From Octopus sinensis (taxonomy: Eukaryota), in assembly GCF_006345805.1 (NCBI RefSeq), contig NW_021835040.1, positions 10,676 through 74,675 on the forward strand: 64,000 nt of DNA. The letters are read 5' to 3'. Positions 42,365 through 54,334 of this stretch are shown piece by piece. Made by a program: the position numbers and the translations under genes. Each line of letters begins with the position of its first letter. Position 1 is the stretch's first letter. A model generated the notes under the pieces. That model was not told where the DNA came from. It ran no database searches and worked only from the letters and a program-made list of their open reading frames with translations.

Positions 42365-42410
42365 GAACTTGTTCCATCTGTGTGCAGCCCTGTGTGGCCA
42401 ATACAGAAAC
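42365..42410 (+). mobile_element. 46-bp 3' terminus of the same Tx1-like LINE
   Basis: CTTGTTCCATCTGTGTGCAGCCCTGTGTGGCCAATACAGAAAC matches TTTGTTCTATCTGTGTGCAGCCTGTGTGGCTAATAAAGAAAC at about 39042-39083. Confidence 0.8.
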
Positions 42411-42594
42411 TTATCTATCTATCTATCAATCTATCTATATATCTATCTGTCTATCTATCTATCTATCAATCTATTTATCTATCTATTTATCCATCCATCC
42501 ATCCATCCATCCATCTATCTATCTATCAATCTATCTATTTATCTATCTATCTATATATCTATCCATCAATCTATCCATCTATCTCCCTCTATCT

Positions 42595-42667
42595 GCCAAA
42601 AAAGAAAAGCTCTACTTTGTAATCTGTCCCGTCTGTGTGCAACCCTGTGTGGCTAATAAAGAAACAT
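42595..42667 (+). mobile_element. About 70-bp 3' terminus of the same Tx1-like LINE
   Basis: AAAGAAAAGCTCTACTTTGTAATCTGTCCCGTCTGTGTGCAACCCTGTGTGGCTAATAAAGAAACATA matches about 39020-39086. Confidence 0.85.
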
Positions 42668-42711
42668 ATCTACCTATCTACCCTTCTGTCTATGTCTTTC
42701 TCTCTGTGTGA

Positions 42712-42777
<66 letters not shown>

Positions 42778-42967
42778 ATATGTGTTTGTGTGTATATACA
42801 CTAACGTATATACATATTTATATAAATAAGCATATTTATATATTTATCCACACACACATACACATATGTATGTGTGTGAGTATGTGTATGTAATATATGA
42901 CATTGACATGTGTATATATATTGTATGCATTATACTATATTTATGTAAACATATATATGTATGTATA

Positions 42968-43028
<61 letters not shown>

Positions 43029-43476
43029 TTGTGCGTATATATATGGGTTTTATATCGTCCATATTGAATGTTTATAATTTCAGTGTTTATTCCAATTAAT
43101 TCCATGTTCTTGATATAATAGAAAACATAGAGTCGATTTAATTTATCTTATGGTCTGATTACAGTTCTGCCACGGGTTCTATTGATGTTAATATGCATAA
43201 AAGAGGTACAAAGCCCACTAAAGATTTTGTTCCTTATTCTTTGTCGCAGTGTGCCTGCCCTTAAGCTATCGGTTTCGACCCCGAATCAAGAAGAAAAAAA
43301 GGGAGAAAAAGAAACATACTATGCGAGATTCATTTAACGTGGATGGTATTCTGGTGCTTGTTCCTTCAGTCCTCTTTCTTAGAATTTGTAATACATTGGG
43401 TGCTTGTGTAGCGACTGCCAGAAATATGGAAATTTAGATAAACAAATTGTAGTACATCTAATAGATACATATATAT

Positions 43477-43532
<56 letters not shown>

Positions 43533-43700
43533 CATAGAGGCAGAAAACAAGGAAAATGCCACTTATATCTGAACACTATACAAATATTCCTTTAAAAAAA
43601 CTTTTCTTTTAATTTTTCTAAATTTAATTAGTTACAGCTGGAAAGTCTGAAAATGACTGAAACCGGTACTGTTAGCATTTTCTATATTGACTTGTTTTTC

Positions 43701-43739
<39 letters not shown>

Positions 43740-44131
43740 ATAATAATAATATAATAAAATAATAATATAATAATAATAATAATAAAAAAAAATGTGACAA
43801 CAAAAGAAGGACCTAGATATTAGGTAAATGGAGGATTATTTCCATATATTTGTGTATGCATGTACCTCTATATACACATGTTTGTGTGAGTGTGTACGTG
43901 TGTATACATTATGAATACAGGAGGTTTTTATGTCTTTGTATGGTAAGTAAATGGTTGCGTGAATTTTTTTTATCTTTCATATATTTTCCTACCTATTAGA
44001 GTAACTTCTCTTTCATTCCGCGGTTTTTCATAGCATCTATTTCCATTAATAGCCGAGAGGAAACGCATCGTATCTCTATCTCCGGCGTTTGAACTCCGAG
44101 TACTATTATGACCGACAACTTACTGATAGTC

Positions 44132-44169
<38 letters not shown>

Positions 44170-45289
44170 TTATATATATATAAATATATATTATATCTGT
44201 AATCCCGGGGGTAAAGATGTGTCATTGAAACGCCTTATTACTCTGATATAAGAAAGCAATTTCGTTCTGTCACAAAAGGTATATTTTCCGTCACGAGAAA
44301 GTAAAAAAAAAACTGTCAGCTGGAGAAGGAAAAGATTGTTGGAGGTTGTCGAGCGGCAAAGACATTATTGTGCTTAGCGAAGGCATCTTAAAAATGTATA
44401 ACTGCTATTGTTCACAGAAAACGTATTGTTTTCCCATGAGAAAAGCACTGTTGAAGTGAAATTTGGCAATCGAGGATCGAGTCCACGCTTTGCCTGTATG
44501 AAGCCATTAAAAATACGTTGTGGAATAAAAAAAATACCTACTCTCATGGAAAAAGTGTAACTGTAAAAATGCAGAATTATCGGAGTAATGGACATTCAAT
44601 AAAGTATGCATGTATAGATATGTATGAATGAAGTCTTTAAAGTGTAAGAATCAAATTAAAGAAGTGCAATAATAATGTTTAGCAGTTCAAAACTGTGTGT
44701 AGTGAAATGCAGAACTAGATTGGCTGATCATGAGAATCAAATATTGATCCCTTCGCTAAAATCTTCTTGTGGTATGGGTTATTCTCCTTGAGTTATTTAA
44801 ATAAAGTATTAGTAATATGTTGTAAATAGAAGGATCCACTGGAAGGGCCCTATTATCAATTTTTTCAACAATCTAAGTATGTCACGTGGTGTCTAGTAAT
44901 GAGTTCTACTCACTTGTCAAATAAAGTATAAAAGTGATATTGTCTGCAAAAATTAGACATAGAACACACAAAAAAATCAGTATTCAAAGTAATTGAACAT
45001 AAACAATGAAATGGGTGTTTCACAAATGTTGCACACGTGCTATGGGTTATTTACCTTGGCTGTTTAACAACAAATTAGTTGTATGAGGTAGATATTGAGA
45101 TCCCTTCCAGGGGCCATATTATCGACGTTTTTTAAGAATCTACGTATGTCACGGGATTTCCAGGTGTGTGCTTTACTAATGTGTCAGGTTTCATCAAAAT
45201 CGATAAAACGATGTCGGAGGGGTTAGCTAACAACACCACAAACAAACACACACGGATTTTCCACATATGCTGTAGATATACACGCTTTA

Positions 45290-45510
45290 ACACTTTTACT
45301 TTTTATTTGTTTCATCACCTGACTGCGGCCATGCTGGAGCGCCGTCTTTACTCGAACAACTTGACCCACGACTTATTATTTCTAAGCCTAGTACCTATTC
45401 TATCAGTCACTTTTTGCTGAATCATAAAGCTACGGGGAGGTAAACACACCAACATCGGTTTTCAAGCGATGTTGAGGGGAGAAAGAGACACAGAAATACA
45501 CACACACATT
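45290..45510 (-). mobile_element. SINE family A, 3' half
   Basis: GACTGCGGCCATGCTGGAGCGCCG..GTAAACACACCAACATCGGTT is the reverse complement of the tail and body. Confidence 0.8.
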
Positions 45511-45664
45511 CATACATATATATATACATATATATATAAATACATACATATATATATATATATATATACATAATTACTTAGCGGATCTACTTCTAGCATT
45601 AGGGTTGTCCGCTTAGTAGTCATCCCTCTTATATGTATGTATATATATATAATATATATATATA

Positions 45665-45890
45665 ATAAATATTAGGGAATAAATCCAAATTTACAGGAAA
45701 AAAATCAGATTTAGGATTAAATCCAATTTTATAGTAAAAATTATATAAATTATTAGAGACAAAACCACTATTTGCAAAACAAACAAAGAAAGACTTAATC
45801 AATACATAAAATTTTAATAAAAAGTCAAAAAAAACCGCCACTAACAATTGTTTCTTGTTGATCGACAATCTTCAGGTGGTTCCAATAAGT
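45665..45890. repeat. Probable PLE-type terminal remnant
   Basis: Non-microsatellite block inserted in (TA)n, ending GTTTCTTGTTGATCGACAATCTTCAGG, which resembles a reverse-strand CTGAAGA..GAAAC hammerhead-like end. Recognised by pattern only. Confidence 0.3.
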
Positions 45891-46261
45891 CAGTTTCATA
45901 CAGACATACATACGTACATACATACAAACGTACACACATACATACATACACACATACATACATACATACATGCATACATACATACATACATACATACATA
46001 CTTACATATACACGAGTTTTAACACTGAAAAGTATACACTGAAGCGGCTTATTTACAAACTCTTACAACTATTTCTGCTGGTAATCGCTGGATTTTACGT
46101 ATAGTCATTATAGTGTGATTATGATTCAACGATAGCGTCATAAATGCTCCTGATGAGTAGGTGAGTAGGTTCCAAAACAGCGCTAGGTCTTCTTCTGCTT
46201 CTCTTTTTGTTTTATACTTACACTTGACAGAGAATAACGCGGAAATACAAGAAATAGAAAT

Positions 46262-46378
46262 GGGAAGCTTGCTTCCCAACCACATGACTCCGTGTTCAGT
46301 CCCTCTGCTTGGAACCTTGGGCATGTGTCTTCTACTATAGCGTCGGCCAAATCTTTGTGAATGGATTAGGTAGACTTA
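46262..46378 (+). mobile_element. SINE family A, 5' fragment
   Basis: GAAGCTTGCTTCCCAACCACATG..GTTCAGTCCC..CCTTGGGCATGTGTCTTCTACTATAGC. Confidence 0.75.
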
Positions 46379-47214
46379 TATATATATATATATATATCGA
46401 GCGCTGATCAATGCTTTAGATATAATTTTCACAAGTTCCTTCCAGTTTGTCTGGAAAATAACCATCAAAACGTCTAGACCTCTAGACCTCCATCTTAGAG
46501 GATAAAGCTATCATGCGTCTCTTTTATTGCCCCTGTTCATATTCGGCGGAACCATTGTGCTTCGAGTTGGAATTTATTGCAGGACTTCCAGCATTCATCC
46601 TACGATTTATGGATATGGTTCTTCACAACATATATTTCTGTAGACAGTATTTTTTTGTTCAACAAGTCTACTTCTTAATTGAATAATTTCTTTCAGCATT
46701 GCTTTCAGTATTTAATCACATATCGATAAGGCGAAATCTCTGGCTTAAAGCTTATTGACTGCTAAATAGTTCATGTGTAGATTTAGCTTTGAGATGTGTT
46801 GAGTATTACAATAGCCACTTTTAAGTACATACTAAGATATTCTAACGCAAGAATGTCCTAAGTATATTACCAATATATGAATAGAGAGCCAAAAAGTATG
46901 CAATTTTTGCATCTGCATGGGATTATAAAAAAGCATTATGTAGCAGCATCGTGTTTGCAGGTTTACGTGCATGCGGTTTCGCATTGATAAGAATGTTTTT
47001 CGTTTAAGTGAATTTGTAATACGTTGTTAATGTGAATTTATCGTTTGTTGCAATGGCTTCTGTTTTATTTTAAGTGATGTTTTCATGAATTCAGTACTTT
47101 GCGAAGTAGAAAACATCTGAAACATTCCAAATAAATATATATATATCTATTACATTCGCTTTCTCACATATACACTCACTCCCTCTCTCCTTTTCCCACC
47201 TATTTGTATATTAC

Positions 47215-47622
47215 TCTTTACTCTTTTACTCTTTTACTTGTTTCAGTCATTTGACTGCGCCCATGCTGGAGCACCGCCTTTTAATCGAGCAACTTGACCC
47301 CGGGACTTATTCTTTTGTAAGCCCAGTACTTATCCTATCGGTCTCTTTTGCCGAACCGCTAAGTGATGGGGACGTAAACACACCAGCATCGGTTGTCAAG
47401 CAATGCTAGGGGGACAAACACCGACACACAAACACACGCACGCATATATATATGTACATATATACGACGGGCTTCTTTCAGTTTCCGTCTACCAAATCCA
47501 CTCACAAGGCTTTGGTCGGCCCGAGGCTATTGTAGAAGACACTTGCCCAAGGTGTCACGCAGTGGGACTGAACCCGGAACCATGTGGTTGGTAAACAAGC
47601 TACTTACCACACAGCCACATGC
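47215..47622 (-). mobile_element. SINE family A, full length
   Basis: Box A TGGCTGTGTGG, box B-like GGTTCAGTCCC, CORE-like CACCTTGGGCAAGTGTCTT (compare MIR CORE ACCTTGGGCAAGTCACTT), internal (TA/TG) tract and (GAGTAAAA)n tail. Confidence 0.9.
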
Positions 47623-47721
47623 GTGTTAGTGCTTGTGTGACTTATGAACATTTATGTGCAGATTTATAAAGACTGTGAGCCAGGCAAAATTCTGCGGATT
47701 CTTCGTTCATAATGAAACACA

Positions 47722-47866
47722 TGTGTTTATTGAGCGAAAACACCTAAAAGCTCTACGAGGCTCCGGCAGGGGGTGGTGATCCCTGCTGTACTCTTTCACC
47801 ACAATGGCGGTGCCCCAGCATGGCCACAGCTCAAGAGCTGAAACTGGAAAAACAAAAACAAAAAAA
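47722..47866 (+). mobile_element. SINE-C body joined to a family-A-type 3' tail
   Basis: GTGTTTATTGAGCGAAAACACCTAAAAGCTCTACGAGGCTCCGGCAGGGG (C body), then GGCGGTGCCCCAGCATGGCCACAG (A-type tail) and an A-rich end. Confidence 0.7.
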
Positions 47867-48604
47867 CATCCGATTGAATCGTCAATGCAAAAAGTTGTAT
47901 GTCATCTAAAATCTTCCCCCAATTTGAATCGTATCCTCTTACCATTATGTGTGTAAAATAGAGTTTATTTATTTAAACTATACATGCGTGTTTTTATACA
48001 TGGTGTTTCTTGTAACCATACATGCAACTTTTTATACATGGTGTTTATTTGTTTTAAACATAAATGCAAGTTTTTAGACATATATGTATATCTTGCAACA
48101 AAGTCCAATGTTCATTTCACCATTATGCTAATTTGAAGACGGCACCAACCAGGCGATGTTTATCACTTAAAGAGAACATATATAAACAGAATTAGAAACG
48201 GTTTTAGGCTGCATGACATTTAGATTTTATTTCTTTAATTACTTCCTTTCCTCTTAATAACCCTTCCTTCATTTCACTGTTATAAAGGGGACGCATTTAC
48301 TTCGTAGAAATCTATTGCAGTATCATTTAAACCAGAGGTTTTCGACTGGGGTTCATATGGCTCTTGATCAGTCATATAAGACTTTTTAGGGGTCTACACA
48401 AGGCAATAGAAAATCGGGTATCTTCAATAGATTTTGAGGGGCCCATTTTTTTTTGTCAGGGGCTCTCTAATGTATATTTAAGATGTATTTATTGGTATTT
48501 ATTGCAATAAACGAGCAGGATTCTTTCTCTAACATTTTACATAGATCGGCCTATACAAATTTTTGGTATTTGCATTGCGATTATGAAAAGTATTATGCAG
48601 CAGT

Positions 48605-48950
48605 AAACTTGTGCATGTGTCTTCTACTATAGCCGCTGGCCAACCAAAGCCTTGTGATGGATTGGTAGACGGAAACTGAAGGTTTGATATATATAGATAT
48701 ATATATATATATTATATATATATATATATATATAATATATACGTTTGTGTGTGTTTGTCTCACCAACATCACTTGACAACCGATGTTGGTTTCTTTACGT
48801 CCCTGTAACTTAGTGTTTCGCGCCCCAAAAAATGATAGAATAAATACCAAGACTTACAAAGAATGGGTCCTGGGGTCGATTCATTCCACTAAAGGCAGTG
48901 TCCAGCATGGCCACAGTCAAATGGCTAAAACAATGAAAGAATGAAAGAAT
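48605..48950 (+). mobile_element. SINE family A, head-truncated, diverged
   Basis: GTGTCTTCTACTATAGCC..TTGACAACCGATG..CAGCATGGCCACAGTCAAATG followed by an (AATGAAAG)n tail. Confidence 0.8.
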
Positions 48951-48955
48951 ATATG

Positions 48956-48986
<31 letters not shown>

Positions 48987-49107
48987 ATATATACATATAC
49001 ATACATACGTATATATATACATATACATACATATATACATACAATACACACATATATACGTACATACACACAAACAACACCACACACACACACACAACAC
49101 CTATATT

Positions 49108-49143
<36 letters not shown>

Positions 49144-49687
49144 ATATACATGCCTGTTTTGTTATCTATATGTATACATATATACATTGAACTTTTACAT
49201 ACTTGGCATTAGATGTTGCGGGAATGCTTTGCTAAGGACTTGTTTCTAGGTCAATTAGACCAACGCAAAGTAAGGCCTTAAAATATACAGCAGAATGAAT
49301 TTCCAGAAGATTTAAGAAGTTTCCAAACACGTGTCTGCGTGATTCATTTGCTTCGGGCTCAGAGAACATTTTTCTTCTTTTTTTTTTTCTGAACTACAAT
49401 GAAAAGTAAGTTTAGTATTAATGTTTGCAGATTATAATGACAATCGACCAATTATTTTTCGCAGATTCAACATTACCACTGGGAAGGTCATAAAACATAC
49501 TTATTATTTCCTTTGACATAACAATTCGTACGTGTTCCTCTGAGGTTTATATACAATTACTAAGAGTCTTTTGAAAACTCATCTGATATATTTTTTCTCG
49601 TTCCTGATGGCATTAATGCATCGATTTTCACTGAGATCGTTTTCGTATTTTAGCGATATATATACTTTCTAGAATGAAAGAATTATA

Positions 49688-49748
<61 letters not shown>

Positions 49749-49749
49749 C

Positions 49750-49780
<31 letters not shown>

Positions 49781-50084
49781 TATAGATATATGTATTATGT
49801 ATGTATGTATGTATTTATATATGTATGTGACAATTATCCCCGTAAAGAAATCGTTTGCTCCTTTCCTTCTCTCATTCCAAAGGCTAGTGCATCCTCCATG
49901 CCAAGTGAGGAGAGAAAACCCAACGGCCAACCTAAACTGAGAGAAGCCATACCTGCTGTACCTACTCCCTGCCATACTGCAAGAAGGTTCTCGTATTTCC
50001 ACGCTCCCTTCAATGGGCATCACCACACTCCTCATTCCACGTGAGTGTCAATTGAAATAAGATAATTTTCTGGTTCTTTTATAT

Positions 50085-50129
<45 letters not shown>

Positions 50130-50391
50130 ATATACATATATTTGCACGCTTTACTCGTCATCCATTTATACATTTTGAAAAGTTTCCCCATTTTATATAT
50201 AGATATAATATATATAATACGAACATTTGCCGTTTAAATATAGCTAACCCGTAAGGGTGGATGCTACTGTAATTATATATGTATGTATCATATATATACA
50301 GCTATAAGAAAATGGGGAGATCAAGAGGTGGTATTCATCAACTTTCAGACATTATATTTTGTCTATTTATGTATTTTTTAAAGAAACCATT

Positions 50392-50448
50392 TTAACAATA
50401 TACATACATGTATAGCATATTATGCTATACATGTATGTATATTGTTAA
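50392..50448. repeat. Perfect 28-bp inverted repeat with 1-nt spacer
   Basis: TTAACAATATACATACATGTATAGCATA-T-TATGCTATACATGTATGTATATTGTTAA. Confidence 0.95.
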
Positions 50449-50746
50449 TATCTTACAGCTGTTTCAGCCAAAAGGCCAAAGTGCCCCAATCTACTTATAT
50501 CCCTTCAGTGAACTGAAGATTTAGGTACTTGGGTGTGTCTCTGGGCTTCGGCAGAGAGCTTGGAAAGTTCATAAGGTTATAAAAAAAGTTATAAATAGAG
50601 AGGAAGGAGAAAATTATCAAAAGAGAAATTAATGTGTAAATGGCTAAACACATTACAGACACGCGTTCTATGCTCGTAGTTCTGACGTAGATTCAGCGTG
50701 ACACAGAATGTGACAAGGAGGGATCTATGAAATACAGGTACTACTA

Positions 50747-51152
50747 GGCGCAGGTGGCTTGTGGTAAGTAGCTGTCTACCACCCACATGGTTCCGGGTTC
50801 AGTTCCCACTGCGTGGCACCTTGGCAGTGTCTTTTACTATAGCCTCGGCGCGACAAAGCCTTGTGAGTGGATTTGGTAGACGGAAACTGAAAGAAGCCCG
50901 TCGTATATATGTATATATATATATATAATGCATGTGTGTGTTTGTGTGTCTGTGTTTGTCCCCTAGCATTGCTTGACAACCGATGCTGGTGTGTTTATGT
51001 CCCCGTTACCTAGCAGTTCGGCAAAAGAGACTGATATAATAAGTACTGGGCTTACAAAAGTCCCGGGGTCGATTTGCTCGATTAAAGGCGTTGCTCCAGC
51101 ATGGCCGCAGTCAAATGACTGAAACAAGTAAAGGAGAGTAAAAGAGAGTACT
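50747..51152 (+). mobile_element. SINE family A, full length
   Basis: Aligns end to end with the reverse complement of 47215-47622 (roughly 85-90% by eye), with several single-base deletions. Confidence 0.9.
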
Positions 51153-51290
51153 TATTTTTGCCAATGGAGTTGACTGCAGCAATGTGAAATAAAGTCTTGC
51201 TTAAGGACAAAAGGTGCCGTCACAAATCGAATTCACGACCATCCTGTCGTGAACTAAATATCCTAATCATTTAGTCAAGCGCTTCCGCAG
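51153..51290 (-). mobile_element. SINE family D fragment (tRNA-like head + GTCCTTRAGCAAG core)
   Basis: Minus strand GTGAATTCGATT..GTCCTTAAGCAAGACTTTATTTCACATTGCTGCAGTCAACTC, a distinct CORE/Meta-like body. Single copy in the window. Confidence 0.45.
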
Positions 51291-52224
51291 TACGAGATGT
51301 GCACACAAACACACGCATATACACACACATAGATATACACGCCGAGCTGTGAAAAGATGTTCTTTTTCCTGTTAATTAAGTATTCACAATATTCACCAAT
51401 GAATCCCAGATGTATTTAAGCACGTGCGTTACACCGATGCGATCCCAGAAAAGAAAACGTTCCACCCCTGTTTAAATGTTGAATTAATTTGCGTTTATAA
51501 TATCGATTCGCTTTATGTTTCATCACTAAGCGTCTTCATTGATTGTATTCATTAGTGATACAAGTGAACAAGCGAGTGGCTCGACGATGGGAGAGCAATC
51601 TCACCTTCACGTTTGTCAGCTAACAAGCAAAGTCACGATAGTCGAAATTCCCATTCAACGAGGGTAAATATGACACGTCTTTACTACTTGGCACGTTTAT
51701 GTGGTAAACGAAATATATTGAGTTTTATATTATTGTGCCATTATATTTGGCTTCCTCTAAGCAGAATATAAAATCCACGGATGTGTTTGATTTTTATTTA
51801 TTTTGATTTCTTGCTGAAGTAATATTTCAAGGAATTCACTGTATAGAATTTTTTTTATCGCAGTATGAATCATATTTTTATCACCACTTTATGACTTTAT
51901 TTCGTTTCTAAAATGGCTGCTTTATTCTACAATGGCGTCGACTTCGTGGCCGCTCTGACAATAGACATATTCGCTTTTTCAAGAACACAGCTCTAAAAAT
52001 GTTAGATCGATGAAGAAACGATTATAAATTCATATGAATTAATTTGTTTAATTAATGCTTGAAAATAATGTTAATTGCCGTGCTACTGTTCAGTTTAATT
52101 GAATGATAGGAATATGTAGATTTTTTTTTAAAGATATAAGGTATGAGTGAAAAGATAATTCTTAATTCGTATAAAATGACATTCCTCTGAAATTCAGATT
52201 TTTCAATATTATAACCTTGTTTAA

Positions 52225-52690
52225 GACAGCGAAGGGGTAGAATCGTCACCGCGCAGGAGGTGGTGGGGTGAAATGATTAACAGTATTTCCCCCGACTTCA
52301 TATTCTGAGTTCTAATGCCACCGTCGTCGACATTGCCTCTCATTCTCTCTTCCACTTGAACACCGAAGTTGATGTCATTGATTTTGCTCCTCCCCTCAAA
52401 TTTCTGAGATTGTGTCAAAATTTGGAAACGATATTCTTTTCTACTCTAAGCAGAAGGCCCGAAATTTTGGGGGAGGAGGCCAGTCGATTAGATCGACTCC
52501 AGTATGCAACTGGTACCTAATTTATCGACCCCGAAAGTATTTGGAAACGATATCATAAGCTTGTTGAAATTGCCGTCTACGCAGGGTAAAATGCTTTGCC
52601 GCATTCCGTACGATCTTAGTTCAAATTCTGCCGAGATCAGCTTTGCCTGTCATGCTTTCGGGGTCGATGTAGCCGACGTATCTCGCCCTC
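52225..52690. mobile_element. SINE-B cluster (+, -, +)
   Basis: TTCTGAGTTCTAATGCC (+), GTCGATTAGATCGACTCCAGTATGCAACTGGTAC (-), TTAGTTCAAATTCTGCCGAG..TTTCGGGGTCGATG (+). Confidence 0.75.
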
Positions 52691-52989
52691 CACGTTGCTG
52701 TCATTGTGCCAGAATGTAATTCAATGTTACAACGTTTTTAATCCATCAGTAATCGATAAATGCCATGAATTCTACAACACGCCATTTCAGCTTCTAGGTA
52801 GAAGTGCGTGTCACTAGTATTACCCTTTCAACACACCTTCTGTCTACCTTGCAGGTAAGAAAACTTGTGTAGTAACGGCATTTTGTTACTACCGAAGGCT
52901 AACCTGCTTTATGTTTCAAGACGTCTTGAGACTAATTCTATGACATCATCTGATTATGGAGAGAGGTGAGAACTTACTCTGTATTATCC

Positions 52990-53330
52990 ACACTCTGTCA
53001 ACACCAACCATTATGTGGGAACAACAGTAGAACATCAGTGGGGTGGTCGGAGATAATACTGGATGCAGAAATTGCGGAAAATCCGTAGACTTTAGAAACA
53101 CGCTCTGTTAACGTCCGAATCAAATATTTTTGACATGCAATTTTCCCATATCTGTCTGCTTTCGTAGAGTGCCGACGGAGTGAGACTGACTCTTTGCCGG
53201 AGGGATAGAATGCTCTCAACGCCAGTCACATCACACAGATTTACCCATACACTTGTGTAATTTTGATTATGAAATCTTGCATCTCCTAGACGGATGTTTT
53301 GTTCAGAGGTATGTGCCCAACATTCCCGGT
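52990..53330 (-). pseudogene. Possible degenerate LINE AP-endonuclease fragment
   Basis: ORF 52998-53219 has SGKESVS...TKADR...IISDH, loosely matching the terminal APE motifs (SG..SQIDY..., SDH). The match is weak. Confidence 0.3.
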
Positions 53331-54334
53331 CCTCTTAATGTGTGCTAGGTCCCAAACTACCCTGTTACTTTGTCACTATGCAATTCATAACCGTTCTCAC
53401 GGCGATAGGTTTATCCGATTCATAGCAGGCCTTTTAGCTCTTATTGATATCTAGATATTTCTAAACAGTCTAGCCTCGCGAGTGGGCCGGTTTTGGAACC
53501 GACGACCCACCCATTTAACAGTTGGTACTGCATTTCAAGTTCCTTGTTACACTCGTAATTTAATGATGGATGGATTCAACCAATTAGAATGAAGAAAAAT
53601 AATTACCCGTATTTAATGCGGCTTTCTTTGTTTGTAAGAGAGATTACCTTCCTTGCTCTCATGTAATATCATTGGAAAAGAGTTATTTTATGAAATTAAA
53701 ACTTGCTGTTATTGTATTGCAGGATGTCGCAGCGAATTGCATGGTAGGATTTTGTTTTCTGAATATGAGAAATGTTATGTTTAACCCGTGACAGAGGTTG
53801 ACGTCTCCATAGTAATATTTCATGAGAGATGTTAAGATGTAGCCGGATATGTATAAAACATGAAAACAGAGAAAAACAACTCAACCATTCAAAGTAGAAA
53901 TGAAAAATATAAAAATATCATTCCTGTCGACAAAAGACATAAAAAGCTTGTGCAGGAAACTGAGAATTTTTTACAAGTCTATACGCTTCTTTTTGAAACA
54001 TTCACAGTAGACATCTTGAATGCAAATGCAACGGTAAACATTAACACAGTACACGAGCTTAATGTGTTGCTAAATGAAAACTAATCTTATGTTTGAATGA
54101 AAAATCAAATAATTAAATAAAGACCGTCAAGTATGAAAGGGGCAATCCTAAATGGGGCCTTACAAAATCGATGACGTTTAAACAAATCGAAGAAAATATT
54201 TTTTAATTGTTGTGTAAGATTTTGTAGGGAAAAGAAACAAAGAACACTGTTGAAAATGATGACACAAGGCCAGCAACTAGGTTGGAAGGGGTTTTCTTTG
54301 AATACATCGACTCCCAGTACATAACTGTTTCTTG

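Noticed and set aside
43225-43345. Strong acceptor TTATTCTTTGTCGCAG followed by an A-rich open frame
   Set aside because: The Lys-rich frame comes from A-runs, the donor is weak and the peptide is not recognisable.
48333-48400. CAGAGGTTTTCGACTGGGG, a hAT/Charlie-like TIR start
   Set aside because: No matching opposite TIR or 8-bp target duplication was found.
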